The notes below the pieces were generated by a model, which was given only the letters and a program-made list of their open reading frames with translations, was not told where the DNA came from and searched no databases. A stretch of DNA of 64,000 bases from Candidatus Pelearchaeum maunauluense (GTDB lineage Archaea; Thermoproteota; Nitrososphaeria_A; Caldarchaeales; Caldarchaeaceae): assembly GCA_030059675.1 (NCBI GenBank), contig JANVYQ010000003.1, positions 1-64,000 of the forward strand, written 5' to 3'. The translations under genes and the position numbers were made by a program. How positions within the stretch are numbered: the first letter of the stretch is position 1; each line of letters opens with the position of its first letter. This document shows positions 49,094 through 59,551 of the stretch, in pieces.

Positions 49094-51019
49094 TTGATTA
49101 GTCCTATGCCCAGCGTAATCTTGGGTGAGTCTGGTAAGTCTGATTTTCTGATGGGAAACGAGGCAATAGCACGGGGAGCTTTGGAGGCAGGTGTCGCTGT
49201 CGCTGCAGGTTATCCTGGAACGCCTTCATCCGAGATAATAGATACGTTGCTGGAGGTAGCTGAGGAGTTTGGGATTTACGTAGAGTGGTCTGTTAATGAG
49301 AAGGTCGCTCTAGAGATAGCTCTCGCGGCAAGTTTCTGCTGGGCTAGGTCGCTCTGCGCTATGAAGCACGTAGGCCTAAACGTTGCCCACGACGCTCTAG
49401 TGAATGCCTGCTACATAGGAGCGCGAGGAGGCTTCGTAATAGTCTCCGCGGAAGACCCTGGAGCATGGAGCTCGCAGAACGAGCAGGACAACAGATACAT
49501 AGCCATGCAGGCCTACATGCCAGTCTTTGAGCCCTCAGACCCGCAGGAAGCAAAAGACATGATCGTCTATGCTTATGACTTCTCTGAGCAGCTGAATACT
49601 CCAGTCCTGCTCAGAACCGTGACGTGCGTAAGTCATTCTACGGGGAGTTTTGTCTTCGGCGATATCGTAAAGCCTGAAAGGCGGGTATATTTTGAGAAGC
49701 GGCCAGACTTGCTCATATACGATTCCGCCGGAGCTCGTAGGAATCGTCTAGCATTAATTAAACGATTCGAGAAAGTGCGGGAGGCAGTAAATAGCGTCCC
49801 CTTCAATAAGATGATGTTAAACGATGGCAGTGTGGGGGTTATTGTTTCAGGGGTAGCATACCGCTATGTGATGGAAGCTCTCAAAATTCTAGACAGAAAG
49901 GATAAAGTCTCTCTTCTGAAGATAGGTACACACTATCCCCCTCCAAGGGAAGCGATAGTAAGGTTCCTAGGCGCTGTTGATAGCGTCATGGTTGTTGAGG
50001 AGGTTGAGCCCATTCTAGAAACGCTTGTAAAGAGTATAGCTTATGAGGAGGATATAGATGTAGAGATTTGCGGACGGAGTATTCTTCCTAGAGGTGGCGA
50101 GCTAACCCCGCGCATAGTCTTGGAGGCGTTATCCAGCTTTCTAGACATAGATAATCCGCTTGATGCTGATGCGCTGGATAAGGCATGGGGCTACAGTAAT
50201 AGCCTGCCACCACCTAGGCCGCCTACCCTGTGCCCAGGCTGCCCACACAGGGCAAGCTTCTACTCAATCTCCACAGTGGCTAAGAGGCTTGACAGGAATC
50301 CCAAGCTCTACGGGCTGGACCAACTATATGGGGAGAAAACAGAAACAATACTGCCTGGCGATATAGGGTGCTACGGCCTGGCTTACCTACCGCCGTTCAA
50401 GGCAATAGACACGATAATCTGTATGGGCGCAGGCCTGGGGTTTGCCAACGGCCTAGCCAGGCTAGTAAAACAGCCAATAATAGTAAGCGTGGGAGATTCT
50501 ACATTCTTCCACGCAACAATACCAGCTCTGATAAACGCCGTCTACAACAACGCGCGGATAGTTCTGGTAGTGCTGGATAATGACGTAACAGCTATGGCTG
50601 GGGAGCAGCCCCATCCAGGTAGTAGCATCGTTTCCCAAGAGGGTAAGAGGCTTATAAAGATAGAGGACGTGGCCCGCGGATGTGGTGTGGAGCTGGTGCG
50701 CGTGGTCAATCCAGGAAACTTTGAAGAAACTCAAAAAGCGCTGGTGGATGCTCTGAAACATGATGGGCCGTCTGTCATAGTTCTTAGACGGCCTTGCGAG
50801 CTTCTACGAGTGCGTGAAAGGCTGCGCAAAGGAGAACCCCAGTCCCCATACATGGTGCTCACCGAGAAATGTACTGGCTGCATGATATGCATCAACCAGT
50901 TTGGATGCCCTGCTATAGTCAAAGCAGGTGATAAAGTGATGATAGATTCCTCCATCTGTACTGGATGCGGGGACTGTGCTAAGGTCTGTGTTCCTAAGGC
51001 TATTGTGACGTGTGGTTAG
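49094..51019 (+). CDS. iorA: Indolepyruvate:ferredoxin oxidoreductase alpha subunit
   Basis: GNEAIARGA, GYPGTPSSEI, MKHVGLNVA, SSQNEQD, LCPGCPHR, GDIGCY, C-terminal 2x[4Fe-4S]. Confidence 0.92.
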   Translation: MISPMPSVILGESGKSDFLMGNEAIARGALEAGVAVAAGYPGTPSSEIIDTLLEVAEEFGIYVEWSVNEKVALEIALAASFCWARSLCAMKHVGLNVAHDALVNACYIGARGGFVIVSAEDPGAWSSQNEQDNRYIAMQAYMPVFEPSDPQEAKDMIVYAYDFSEQLNTPVLLRTVTCVSHSTGSFVFGDIVKPERRVYFEKRPDLLIYDSAGARRNRLALIKRFEKVREAVNSVPFNKMMLNDGSVGVIVSGVAYRYVMEALKILDRKDKVSLLKIGTHYPPPREAIVRFLGAVDSVMVVEEVEPILETLVKSIAYEEDIDVEICGRSILPRGGELTPRIVLEALSSFLDIDNPLDADALDKAWGYSNSLPPPRPPTLCPGCPHRASFYSISTVAKRLDRNPKLYGLDQLYGEKTETILPGDIGCYGLAYLPPFKAIDTIICMGAGLGFANGLARLVKQPIIVSVGDSTFFHATIPALINAVYNNARIVLVVLDNDVTAMAGEQPHPGSSIVSQEGKRLIKIEDVARGCGVELVRVVNPGNFEETQKALVDALKHDGPSVIVLRRPCELLRVRERLRKGEPQSPYMVLTEKCTGCMICINQFGCPAIVKAGDKVMIDSSICTGCGDCAKVCVPKAIVTCG

Positions 51020-52139
51020 AGCTATGAAGGTGGATAAAATCATCTCGAGTGTCGGTGGTCAGGGAACTATGCTGGCCGCCCGCGTGTTGGGCAGAGCCGC
51101 CTGCCGAGCAGGGGTAAACGCCCTAGGAGCAGAGCTTCTTGGACTCTCACAACGCGGCGGCTCGGTAGTAAGCCATATACGAATAGGAGACGATACATAC
51201 TCACCAGTGATAATGGAAGGCACGGCAGAGGGAGCTGTGGCGGCCGTCCCCAAGCTAGCCGCCGCGGGAGTTCAGATAATAGTAGGCCCTCTAGCAACCA
51301 TTGAGACCAAAGCCGTCTTGGATTTCCTGAACTCTAGGAAGATAGTTGCGATAAGCCCATCAAGCACGGGAACCGCCGCGCGTGTTAAGGATGACTTCGT
51401 ATTCAGGATGCCGCCCCCAGACGTTTATCAAGCCCCAGCAATAGCTAGGATTGCGTGGGAGGTTGGTATAAGAAATCTGGTCATACTCGCTAGGAATGAT
51501 GATTATGGTAAGGGGCTTGCCGATGGTGTTGAAGAGACGTTCATACAGCTCGGTGGTAAGGTTACCAAGCTGCTCTACGACTATACTCAGCCAGACCTGA
51601 GCGCGGATGTTGAGCGAGCAAGCGCGGCTGTGGCTAACTATGGGGCTAACGAACAAACGGGCGTGGTCGTGATAGGGTTTGACGAGACGGTCAAAATATA
51701 CGACAGGGCCAGGCTTGACCCCGTGCTATCTGAGGTTAGGTGGTTCGGTAACGACGCCGTAAAGAGGCCGACCTTCCTACCTCCCGAATCCAAGGAGGAG
51801 ATAGCCGAGTTCCAGAGACAGGTACGCATACTCGGAACAGCCCCAGCGGTAGGGCCTGAAGACAACCTATTAGTCAAGAGATTCGTTGAGCGTTATAAGG
51901 AGAGATTTGGCGAGGAACCAAGCCTCTACTCATACTACGCATACGACGCAGCCATGGTTGCGATGCATTACTACGGCGTAACTGGCTGGAAGCTGCTGGA
52001 CGAGTATGGAGACAACGCTACTCCCCTATATGACATATGGACTGTAGTTAAACAGCCAGACGGAACATGGACCTTCAAGGTAGTCGGACTATACGACGGG
52101 GCTACGGGCTCCATCAAATTCTACGAAGAAGTTGGATGA
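51012..52139 (+). pseudogene. In-frame chimera: N-terminal ~70 aa of IorB fused to a truncated LivK-type ABC substrate-binding protein
   Basis: VGGQG..LAARVL...GLSQRGGSVVSHIRIG...SP (IorB), then IIVGP, ISPSST, FVFR, NDDYGKGL, AYDA, YGVTG (type I periplasmic binding fold). Confidence 0.8.
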
Positions 52140-52230
52140 CCTAGCAAAACCATTACTCCCATATCTCCTCTTCTATTATTTTTGGCGTTAAGATACATAA
52201 ACACCCAATAATGTTGGGCGAGTGTGCGGT

Positions 52231-52995
52231 ATGGCTGAGATACTGGCGACACGCGAATTAACAAAAAAGTTCGGCGGCCTCATAGCAGTGAATAACGTAA
52301 CTATGAGCATTAATCGCGGTGAGGTAGTAGGTCTAATAGGCCCTAACGGGAGTGGGAAAACAACACTAATAAACGTAATATCAGGCCTTTACAAGCCTGA
52401 CGCTGGGAAAGTTTACTTCAATTGAGAGGATATAACTGGTCTTGGTGCTTGGGATGTTTTTAAGAAGGGGTTGGTGAGAAATTTCCAAGTACCCAGACTT
52501 TTTGGCGGTATGCTGGTCTTTGAGAATGTTATGACTGCTTTCCGCGGCCAGAGGGGTGAGAACCCTATTCTGGCTCCGTTTAAATCCATGTGGGGGGAGC
52601 AGGAGATTAGCCTAGCTAGAGACGCGCTAAACATACTCTCACAGCTACAGCTGGCCCATGTAAGGCTTAATTGGGCTACGGAGCTAAGCGGCGGGCAGAT
52701 GAAGCTCGTTGAGATGGCCCGCTCACTAGCCTCGCAGCCCCAGATGCTACTCCTAGACGAGCCAGCGGCTGGAGTAGCTCCCAAACTAGCCCACGAAATA
52801 TTCAAAAACATAATAAAACTAAACAAAGAACTGGGAATAACATTCATCATAATAGAACACCGCCTGGACATACTATTCTACTACGTGGAACGCGTATTAG
52901 TCATGAACAATGGAAAACTAATCTTTGACGGAAGGCCTGAGGATGTTTACAAGGATAAGCTGGTCATAGAGGCTTATCTTGGTGAGGCTGAATGA
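52231..52995 (+). pseudogene. livG: Branched-chain amino acid ABC ATPase (LivG-like) with in-frame TGA at 52423-52425
   Basis: GPNGSGKTT...GKVYFN*EDIT...LSGGQ..LLLDEP in a single frame. Confidence 0.88.
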
Positions 52996-53711
52996 GTAAT
53001 GCCATAATCGAGGCTAGGGGAGTTACTGCTGGTTATGGTAAGTCGGTGATAATTGAGGATAATGATATAGTTATTGAGCGGGGTAAGATTACCTCTATAG
53101 TTGGGCCTAACGGCAGTGGGAAGAGTACGCTTCTAAAAACGATTGTCGGGCTTACGCGTCTTTTTGCGGGGCATATAATTTATGATGGCCATGAAATAAC
53201 GCGTATGCAGCCTGAGGAGAGGAGTAGGATAGGTATTGGATACGTGCCGCAGATTGCTAACATCTTCCCCAACCTCACGATAATTGAGAACCTTGAGATA
53301 GGCGGCTACATGAGGAAGAGTAAGGAGGAGGTTAAGCACGATATTGATGAGGTGATGGATATCTTTCCTGTTTTGCGTGAGCGTGCGCGGCAGAAAGCTG
53401 GGACGCTAAGCGGAGGGGAGCGGCAGATGCTTGCTATGGCGCGCGCTTTGATGGCAAAGCCGAACATACTCCTGCTTGACGAGCCTGCTGCCGCTCTAGC
53501 TCCTATAGTGGTTTCACGCATCTTTGCGAAGATTCGCGAGATTGTTAGTAAGGGGATAACCGTAGTGCTCGTTGAGCAGCACGCAAAACGCGCATTAGAG
53601 TTATGCGACTACGGGTATGTAATGACTAGTGGAAGAATAGCCATGCGGGGAAGCGGCAGGGAAATACTCTCCGACGAGAAATTTGTAGAGGCCGTCCTAG
53701 GGAGGAGGTAA
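52992..53711 (+). CDS. livF: Branched-chain amino acid ABC ATPase (LivF-like)
   Basis: GPNGSGKST, YVPQ, LSGGERQMLA, LLLDEP, VEQ. Confidence 0.9.
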   Translation: MSNAIIEARGVTAGYGKSVIIEDNDIVIERGKITSIVGPNGSGKSTLLKTIVGLTRLFAGHIIYDGHEITRMQPEERSRIGIGYVPQIANIFPNLTIIENLEIGGYMRKSKEEVKHDIDEVMDIFPVLRERARQKAGTLSGGERQMLAMARALMAKPNILLLDEPAAALAPIVVSRIFAKIREIVSKGITVVLVEQHAKRALELCDYGYVMTSGRIAMRGSGREILSDEKFVEAVLGRR

Positions 53712-53719
53712 GGCGCCCC

Positions 53720-54658
53720 CTGGCTATAGACCTCACCCTACCTCTTCTAAACTCACTCGCCCTAGGGAGCCTCTATACCCTAATGGCCCTTGGGCTAACT
53801 ATAACGTTCTCAGTAACAAGAATACCCAACTTCGCGCACGCGGAGTTGGTTACAGTGGGCGGATACGTTACCGCCGTGCTCGTTAATTTCATGGCGTTCC
53901 CCCCATATCTGGCTCTACTGTCCGCTTTCATAGCATCGGCAATACTAGCCCTAGGCATGGACGAGCTTGTCTTCAAACCACTATACAAACGAGGCTCCAG
54001 GCCGTTATTCCTATTGGTGGCTAGTATAGGTGTGGGCCTGATAGTGCGCTACACACTCTTCTCCCTTGCCGACGCTACAGGAAACATAACAATACAAACT
54101 AATGTGTCGGTAAACCCAATAATGAGGTTTGGTCGCGCATACATAACCATGTTCCACGCCATAGTTATACCAGTAACAATAGCCATAGTCATAATCCTAC
54201 ACATACTCTTCCATTACACGCTCATGGGAAAGGCTCTGAGGGCTATTTCGGACAACGAAGACCTAGCTAGAGTCTCTGGAATACGGATATACAGGCTACG
54301 GCGAGTAGCGTGGCTGATAGCTGGAGGGGCGGCTGGACTAGCGGGAGGCTTGTGGTCAATAAGCCTGATTATAGACCCCAACTTTGGATGGGACACACTT
54401 CTACGGATATTCGCATCCTCGATACTCGGCGGATTAACAAGCTTCTGGGGGACGATAATAGGCGGATACATAGTCGGCTTCGCAGAGAATATGGGAATAG
54501 CGACGCTCAATACCTGGTTTGGAATAAACACAGCATATAGGCCACTCATATCCTTCACCATCATAGTCGCGGTATTCCTGATAAGACCGCGCGGCTTCGC
54601 TGGTATAGATGTGAGAAGTATAATGTCTCGGTTGGTGGTGAGCAGGCCACGGTCCTAG
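53720..54658 (+). CDS. livH: Branched-chain amino acid ABC permease (LivH-like), probable CTG start
   Basis: LLNSLALGSLYTLMALGLT, NFAHAE, G.A.RA...A...GI, ILGG, RPRG. Confidence 0.85.
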   Translation: MAIDLTLPLLNSLALGSLYTLMALGLTITFSVTRIPNFAHAELVTVGGYVTAVLVNFMAFPPYLALLSAFIASAILALGMDELVFKPLYKRGSRPLFLLVASIGVGLIVRYTLFSLADATGNITIQTNVSVNPIMRFGRAYITMFHAIVIPVTIAIVIILHILFHYTLMGKALRAISDNEDLARVSGIRIYRLRRVAWLIAGGAAGLAGGLWSISLIIDPNFGWDTLLRIFASSILGGLTSFWGTIIGGYIVGFAENMGIATLNTWFGINTAYRPLISFTIIVAVFLIRPRGFAGIDVRSIMSRLVVSRPRS

Positions 54659-55734
54659 ACCAGCTATACAGCATAACACCATTCATAACAACACTACTAA
54701 CGTTCTACGCCGTCTATCTAATACTAGCCCTAAGCCTAAACCTAATCTACGGATACTGTGGAGTGCCAAACTTTGGTCATGTATTCTTCCAGTCGGTAGG
54801 TGCTTACGTGGCTGGGAACATGACGGCCAACGTGCTTTACATGGTTGCGGTAGCTGGTGGTGATATATGCTCCGTAGCAACCGCAGAGGTGAGGCGTAAC
54901 CTAGCTATAACCAGCCCACCACTTGCTATAGGTATGTTCGTAGCCTCGCTAGCTTTAGGCGCCGTCGTGGGCGGATTGCTCGGATATATAGCAAGCTACC
55001 CAGCACTCAGGTTGAAAGAAGACTATCTCGCAATCACGCTGATATTCATAGGCGAGATAGGCAGGATAATAGCGCGAAACGAAGAAGGAATAGCCTGCGG
55101 CCTAGTCGGCCTAACAGGGGTACCAAACCCCTTCATATGGCTAGGCGACCCCAACCTATCGCTAATAGCATACACCATTATGTCAATAATCATAGCAGGC
55201 CTCATCTTCATATTCCCGCAGAAGCTCTCCAACTCCCCCTTCGGAAGACTGCTGAAGAGTGTTCGCGACGACGAGACAGCCGCGATGAGCTTGGGCAAGA
55301 ACGTAGCCAAGGCGCGGGGCTGGGCCATGATAGTAGGAAGCGCAATAGCAGCAGTTGCAGGCGTGCTCAAAGTCTTCTACGCACAGGGAGTATTCGCAGA
55401 CGACTACATACCATTAACAACGTTCGTAGTCCTCTCCATGGTAATCCTGGGAGGAATGGCTAACAATAGGGGAGTAATCCTAGGAGCACTAATCATAACA
55501 CTGCTGGACTTCCTAATAGCGCCCTCACTCTTCAGACTGATGGGAATAACAATACAATTCGACATAACATACATCAAATACATCATAACAGGCCTAATCA
55601 TAGTCCTAGTCCTCCTATTCAAGCCGCAGGGAATATTACCCGAAAAACCAATAGAGACGCCTGCCTTAAGCTTGGTTAAAAAGGAAGATAAGTCATTAAG
55701 CAATAAATCCTTACAGAAAAACAGAATGAGCTGA
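54649..55734 (+). CDS. livM: Branched-chain amino acid ABC permease (LivM-like), start at ACG or mutated ATG
   Basis: ILALSLNLIYGYCG.PNFGH, RLKEDYLAI, SPFGR...RDDE.AA.SLG, ILGG, KPQG. Confidence 0.82.
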   Translation, partial: TVLDQLYSITPFITTLLTFYAVYLILALSLNLIYGYCGVPNFGHVFFQSVGAYVAGNMTANVLYMVAVAGGDICSVATAEVRRNLAITSPPLAIGMFVASLALGAVVGGLLGYIASYPALRLKEDYLAITLIFIGEIGRIIARNEEGIACGLVGLTGVPNPFIWLGDPNLSLIAYTIMSIIIAGLIFIFPQKLSNSPFGRLLKSVRDDETAAMSLGKNVAKARGWAMIVGSAIAAVAGVLKVFYAQGVFADDYIPLTTFVVLSMVILGGMANNRGVILGALIITLLDFLIAPSLFRLMGITIQFDITYIKYIITGLIIVLVLLFKPQGILPEKPIETPALSLVKKEDKSLSNKSLQKNRMS

Positions 55735-55799
55735 TAAACGCTCTGCGGCGTTTAGGCTAAATTAAGGCTTTATATAACGTAGATAGCAGGTGGCAGGGT

Positions 55800-56318
55800 T
55801 TGGCAAATATAGTAGGTGGTTGGAAGGGGAGGTTCTACGAGGACTTTACGGTTGGTGATGTGTATATACATCCTTATGGGAGGACAATAACCGAGGCGGA
55901 CAATATCTGGTTTACCTTGCTGACCATGAATATGAATGAAATTCATTTTAACGCTGATTATGCTGCTGAGACTGAGTGGGGTAGGCCGTTGGTTAATAGC
56001 GCGCTTACTCTAGCTGTTGTTCTTGGTATGAGCGTCATGGATGTGAGCCAGAATGCGATAAACCTTGGGTGGGAGGAGATAAAGCTACCCAACCCCGTGT
56101 TCGCTGGAGACACCCTATACGCCCAGACGGAGGTGCTGGAGAAACGCGAGTCCCGCTCGCGCCCGCACATGGGGATAGTCAAGCTAAAAACAATAGGCTA
56201 TAACCAGGACGGGAAGATAGTGCTGGAAATGAAGCGGACAATAATGGTTTGGAAGAAGGCTTATGCCCCAAGGTCTAAGATTGAGGAGAAGCGTAGGAAG
56301 ATAGCTGGCGAGAAATGA
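55800..56318 (+). CDS. MaoC-family (R)-hydratase/dehydratase
   Basis: GRFYEDF.VG, RTITEADN, HFNADYA, PVFAGDTL. Confidence 0.88.
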   Translation: MANIVGGWKGRFYEDFTVGDVYIHPYGRTITEADNIWFTLLTMNMNEIHFNADYAAETEWGRPLVNSALTLAVVLGMSVMDVSQNAINLGWEEIKLPNPVFAGDTLYAQTEVLEKRESRSRPHMGIVKLKTIGYNQDGKIVLEMKRTIMVWKKAYAPRSKIEEKRRKIAGEK

Positions 56319-57470
56319 TAGGCAATAGATTCGCCCCTCTTGAGGGGATACGCGTGATAGAGATAGGCCACTTCGTAGCAGCGCCCAACCTTGGGGCGTT
56401 GTTGGCCTATTTCGGGGCTGAGGTCATCAAAATAGAGCCCCCCAGCGGCGACGAAAGCAAGAGAGTAGCCCCGTGGGCATACTACATATTCTCACAAAAC
56501 AAGAAGAGCATAGCTATAGACCTGACAAAACATGAGGGGCTTGAACTATTCAAAAACATCATCAAAACCTGCGATGTTCTAATTGAGAATCTCTCACCTA
56601 AGGCGATTGAAAAGCTGGGCATTGGTTATGATGCTCTTTCAGCTCTCAACCAGCGCTTAATATACTGCTCCATCAAGGGGTTTGCAAGCGATAGCCGAGA
56701 CTGGAGGAGACCAGCTTTTGACACCGTTGCGCAGGCCGAGTCTGGCCTCTTAGCCGCTCTAGGCCGCGAGGGTGAGGAGCCCATAAGGATAAACAACCCC
56801 TGCATAGACATGGGGGCCGCCGCCTACGCGCTCGCCGCAATAGCTATGGCGATAATGCAGCGCGCAAAAACGGGTAGGGGCGCGTATATAGAAGTCCCAT
56901 TACTGGATGTGGCTGTATATTGGAACGGTTACTGGATAGCATACTACTCATTAACAGGCCGTGAGCCAGCTAGGCTAGGGGCTGGACATGCTGGATACTC
57001 CCCCTACGGCATATATAAAGCGCGGGATGGCTATGTATTCATAGGCGTAATAACCGACGAGCAATGGCTAAAATTATGTGAGCGGCTTGGAATAACTCCG
57101 CCAGAGAATCTGAGGAGCATGCAGTCAAGGATAGAGAATCGTCTAGAGGTGGACAGGCTTGTTGGGGAGAGCGTAGCTAGGTTGAGTGTTGAGGAGGTTT
57201 TAAAGAGGCTGCGGGACCTAGTTCCAGCCTCGACTTTAAAAAGTGTAAAGGATGTTGCTGAAGACCTAGAGCTGGAGAAACGAGGCGTGATAGTGCCCGC
57301 TAAGGTTGATGATAAAGTCGTAAGAGTAGCCCAACCACCTATAAGAATAAACAAAAACAAGCCCAGTACAAATTATTGTGATAGACAGCAGAGCTGATGT
57401 GCATAAACTATTGGAAGAGCTGGGCTATAGTGTTGATGAGATAGCGCAACTGTATAAGAAAGGTGTTATA
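56315..57470 (+). pseudogene. Family III CoA-transferase (CaiB/BaiF) with frameshifted C-terminus
   Basis: PLEGIRVIE, GAEVIKIEPP, FD.VAQAESG; the conserved tail LEELGYSVDEIAQLYKKGVI lies out of frame after ~57390. Confidence 0.75.
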
Positions 57471-58028
57471 ATAAACATAAAAAATATTATAATTTATTTT
57501 CGTTAAGGGCTCAACAACTATCTTGCCGAACATCCCCTTCTCTTGATGGAGTACTGGGAATGTCCCTCCTGCTCTCTGACACACATACCAGTAGGTTCCC
57601 GGCTCGTCTATGGTAAATTCAATAACACGCATTTCGTCAGGCTCTACCTCGGCCTCTATTTCGTTATAAGCCATGTCAATCTCCTCCATCATCATGGCTA
57701 TTCTCTCATCTGCTTCCTCGGGGTCTGTTATCCCCTGCTCAAGTAGCTTCTGCGCCATTTCTTTCATCATCGTAAGAGCCTGGTCCTTATCCTTTACCAC
57801 CATAAACTCGTGAGGATGCGAGCCTGCGTTTGTGAGCGTTATTCTAACAAGTTGGCCTGCTTTGATTGTTAATGTTGGGCCGAAGCCTGGCCTATCAAAA
57901 CCATAATCCACCATAGTCAGCTCAAACACAGCAACCTTCGGCTGAAGCATCGGCACTACGACAAATATGGCCGCACCAGCTACTACAGCTACGACAACTA
58001 TAACAGCTATTAAAGGGCCTGCTTTCAT
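57408..58028 (-). CDS. Membrane-anchored cupredoxin (blue copper protein); natural stop probably at 57503-57505
   Basis: N-terminal TM, NAGSHPHEF, PGTYWYVC...H..KGMFG (His/Cys/His/Met type-1 Cu site). Confidence 0.8.
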   Translation of the reverse strand: MKAGPLIAVIVVVAVVAGAAIFVVVPMLQPKVAVFELTMVDYGFDRPGFGPTLTIKAGQLVRITLTNAGSHPHEFMVVKDKDQALTMMKEMAQKLLEQGITDPEEADERIAMMMEEIDMAYNEIEAEVEPDEMRVIEFTIDEPGTYWYVCQRAGGTFPVLHQEKGMFGKIVVEPLTKINYNIFYVYYNTFLIQLRYLINTIAQLFQ

Positions 58029-58111
58029 CGGCTAGCGGATTCAAAAATATAATCTTAAAACGATTAACCGTACCAGTTCGGTAATTTTTATAACCTTCAT
58101 TAACAACAACT

Positions 58112-58837
58112 ATGATGAAGATGGCCGGGCGCGTCTTCGAGGTCAATATTTTACTCGACCTAGACTCGCTGCCGGACCCTGAAAAGAAATGTACAGCTCT
58201 CAAGTTGGTTAAAGATGGTAAGGGTCCGCTTGAGTGTCTTAATCCGATGTCTGATGTTCGTCATTTTATTCGGCTTAAGGATGGTCAGATTACTATTGGA
58301 ACCCAATCGCCTGATTCCTGTCCATTCTATAAGATATACTCGTCTCTACACATACATGTGGTCAAATGCAGCGTTTTTCATAATCATAGTCTAGCCACTA
58401 TAATATGTACGGAGAGCGCGTTGGATGGTTTTTATAAGAGGCTGGAGGAGCTTGGCGCCAATTATAGGTTAGTTTCGGTCAGACAGTTATCAACCGCTGC
58501 TCAGCGTAAGCAGAAAATGACTGCTAACCAGATGTTCGCGCTCTTTACAGCGCATAGCTTGGGCTATTTTGAGAGCCCATCAAAGGCAAGCATTAGAGAT
58601 GTAGCTACCGTTCTTGATAAATCGCCCTCAACCGTGTCTGAGCTCATTAAGAAGGGTGTGAAAAACTTGTTGGATATAATTAAGGAGAGAAAAGACTTTA
58701 AGGATCTACTAAATCTCGCTATATTTCCTCGTACTTCATTCTTATTGGTTGGCTGTCCAAAAGTCAATAGTCATTTTAATTTAATACTATGCGCGTTCTA
58801 CTGTGCTATGACTATTCCGCACATGTTCGGTTTATGA
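58112..58837 (+). CDS. Bat/HTH_10-family transcriptional regulator
   Basis: MTANQ..AL..A..LGYFESP...SIRDVA..L..S.STVSELIKKG. Confidence 0.78.
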   Translation: MMKMAGRVFEVNILLDLDSLPDPEKKCTALKLVKDGKGPLECLNPMSDVRHFIRLKDGQITIGTQSPDSCPFYKIYSSLHIHVVKCSVFHNHSLATIICTESALDGFYKRLEELGANYRLVSVRQLSTAAQRKQKMTANQMFALFTAHSLGYFESPSKASIRDVATVLDKSPSTVSELIKKGVKNLLDIIKERKDFKDLLNLAIFPRTSFLLVGCPKVNSHFNLILCAFYCAMTIPHMFGL

Positions 58838-58879
58838 ATTTAAGAGAGCTTCTAAACGGCTAACCGCTGGTCGAAACAA

Positions 58880-59545
58880 ATGGCTGCGCCAGCTCCATCC
58901 GCGGAAATATGGAATTCTCTATTCATGATGTATGTAACATCTGCAGTTGTAATCTCCGCAGTAGTGTTGGCAATTCTAGGATATTTCGTACTACGTTATA
59001 GACAGCCATCAAGCAGTCTAGCCGATGGTGGGCAGGACGAACCTGAGTTTAGAATAGGCGCGGAGCCCACTAGGGGTAGTGCTAAAGTTGCCATAGCTCT
59101 CAGCGTAATATTGGGGCTGCTCTTCGTTGGCCTCACGGCATCAACCTTCAGCGCTATGGAGTTCATGGAAGAAATACCCGAAGACAACCCAAATGCTCTG
59201 CACATTAAGGTAACAGCATTCCAGTGGGGATGGCAATTCACCTACCCCAACGGCCGGACAATAACAGGCGAGCTCAGAGTGCCCGTAAATACTCCTATAG
59301 TATTGGAGATAACCAGCAGGGATGTCTTTCATACATTCGCTATAGCTGCGTTCAAGGTTAAGAAAGACGCCATACCAGACAGAATTAACTTCGCATGGTT
59401 CGAGGCTAAAGAAGCAGGAGAATATAGGATACAATGCTACGAGCTCTGTGGAACAGGGCACGCCAAGATGATAGCAACTCTCCTAGCGATGGAGACGGAG
59501 CAGTTTGAAGCGTGGTATGGTAAGTTGAGTGAGGAGAAGGGGTGA
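58880..59545 (+). CDS. coxB: Heme-copper oxidase subunit II (CuA)
   Basis: AFQWGW.F.Y, DVFH.F, CYELCGTGHAKM. Confidence 0.95.
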   Translation: MAAPAPSAEIWNSLFMMYVTSAVVISAVVLAILGYFVLRYRQPSSSLADGGQDEPEFRIGAEPTRGSAKVAIALSVILGLLFVGLTASTFSAMEFMEEIPEDNPNALHIKVTAFQWGWQFTYPNGRTITGELRVPVNTPIVLEITSRDVFHTFAIAAFKVKKDAIPDRINFAWFEAKEAGEYRIQCYELCGTGHAKMIATLLAMETEQFEAWYGKLSEEKG

Positions 59546-59551
59546 TTATGG

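Noticed and set aside
52423-52425. In-frame TGA in livG as selenocysteine or recoding
   Set aside because: The position corresponds to a Gly (GGA to TGA), no SECIS was seen, neighbouring genes are also broken, and TGA is a normal stop elsewhere in the window
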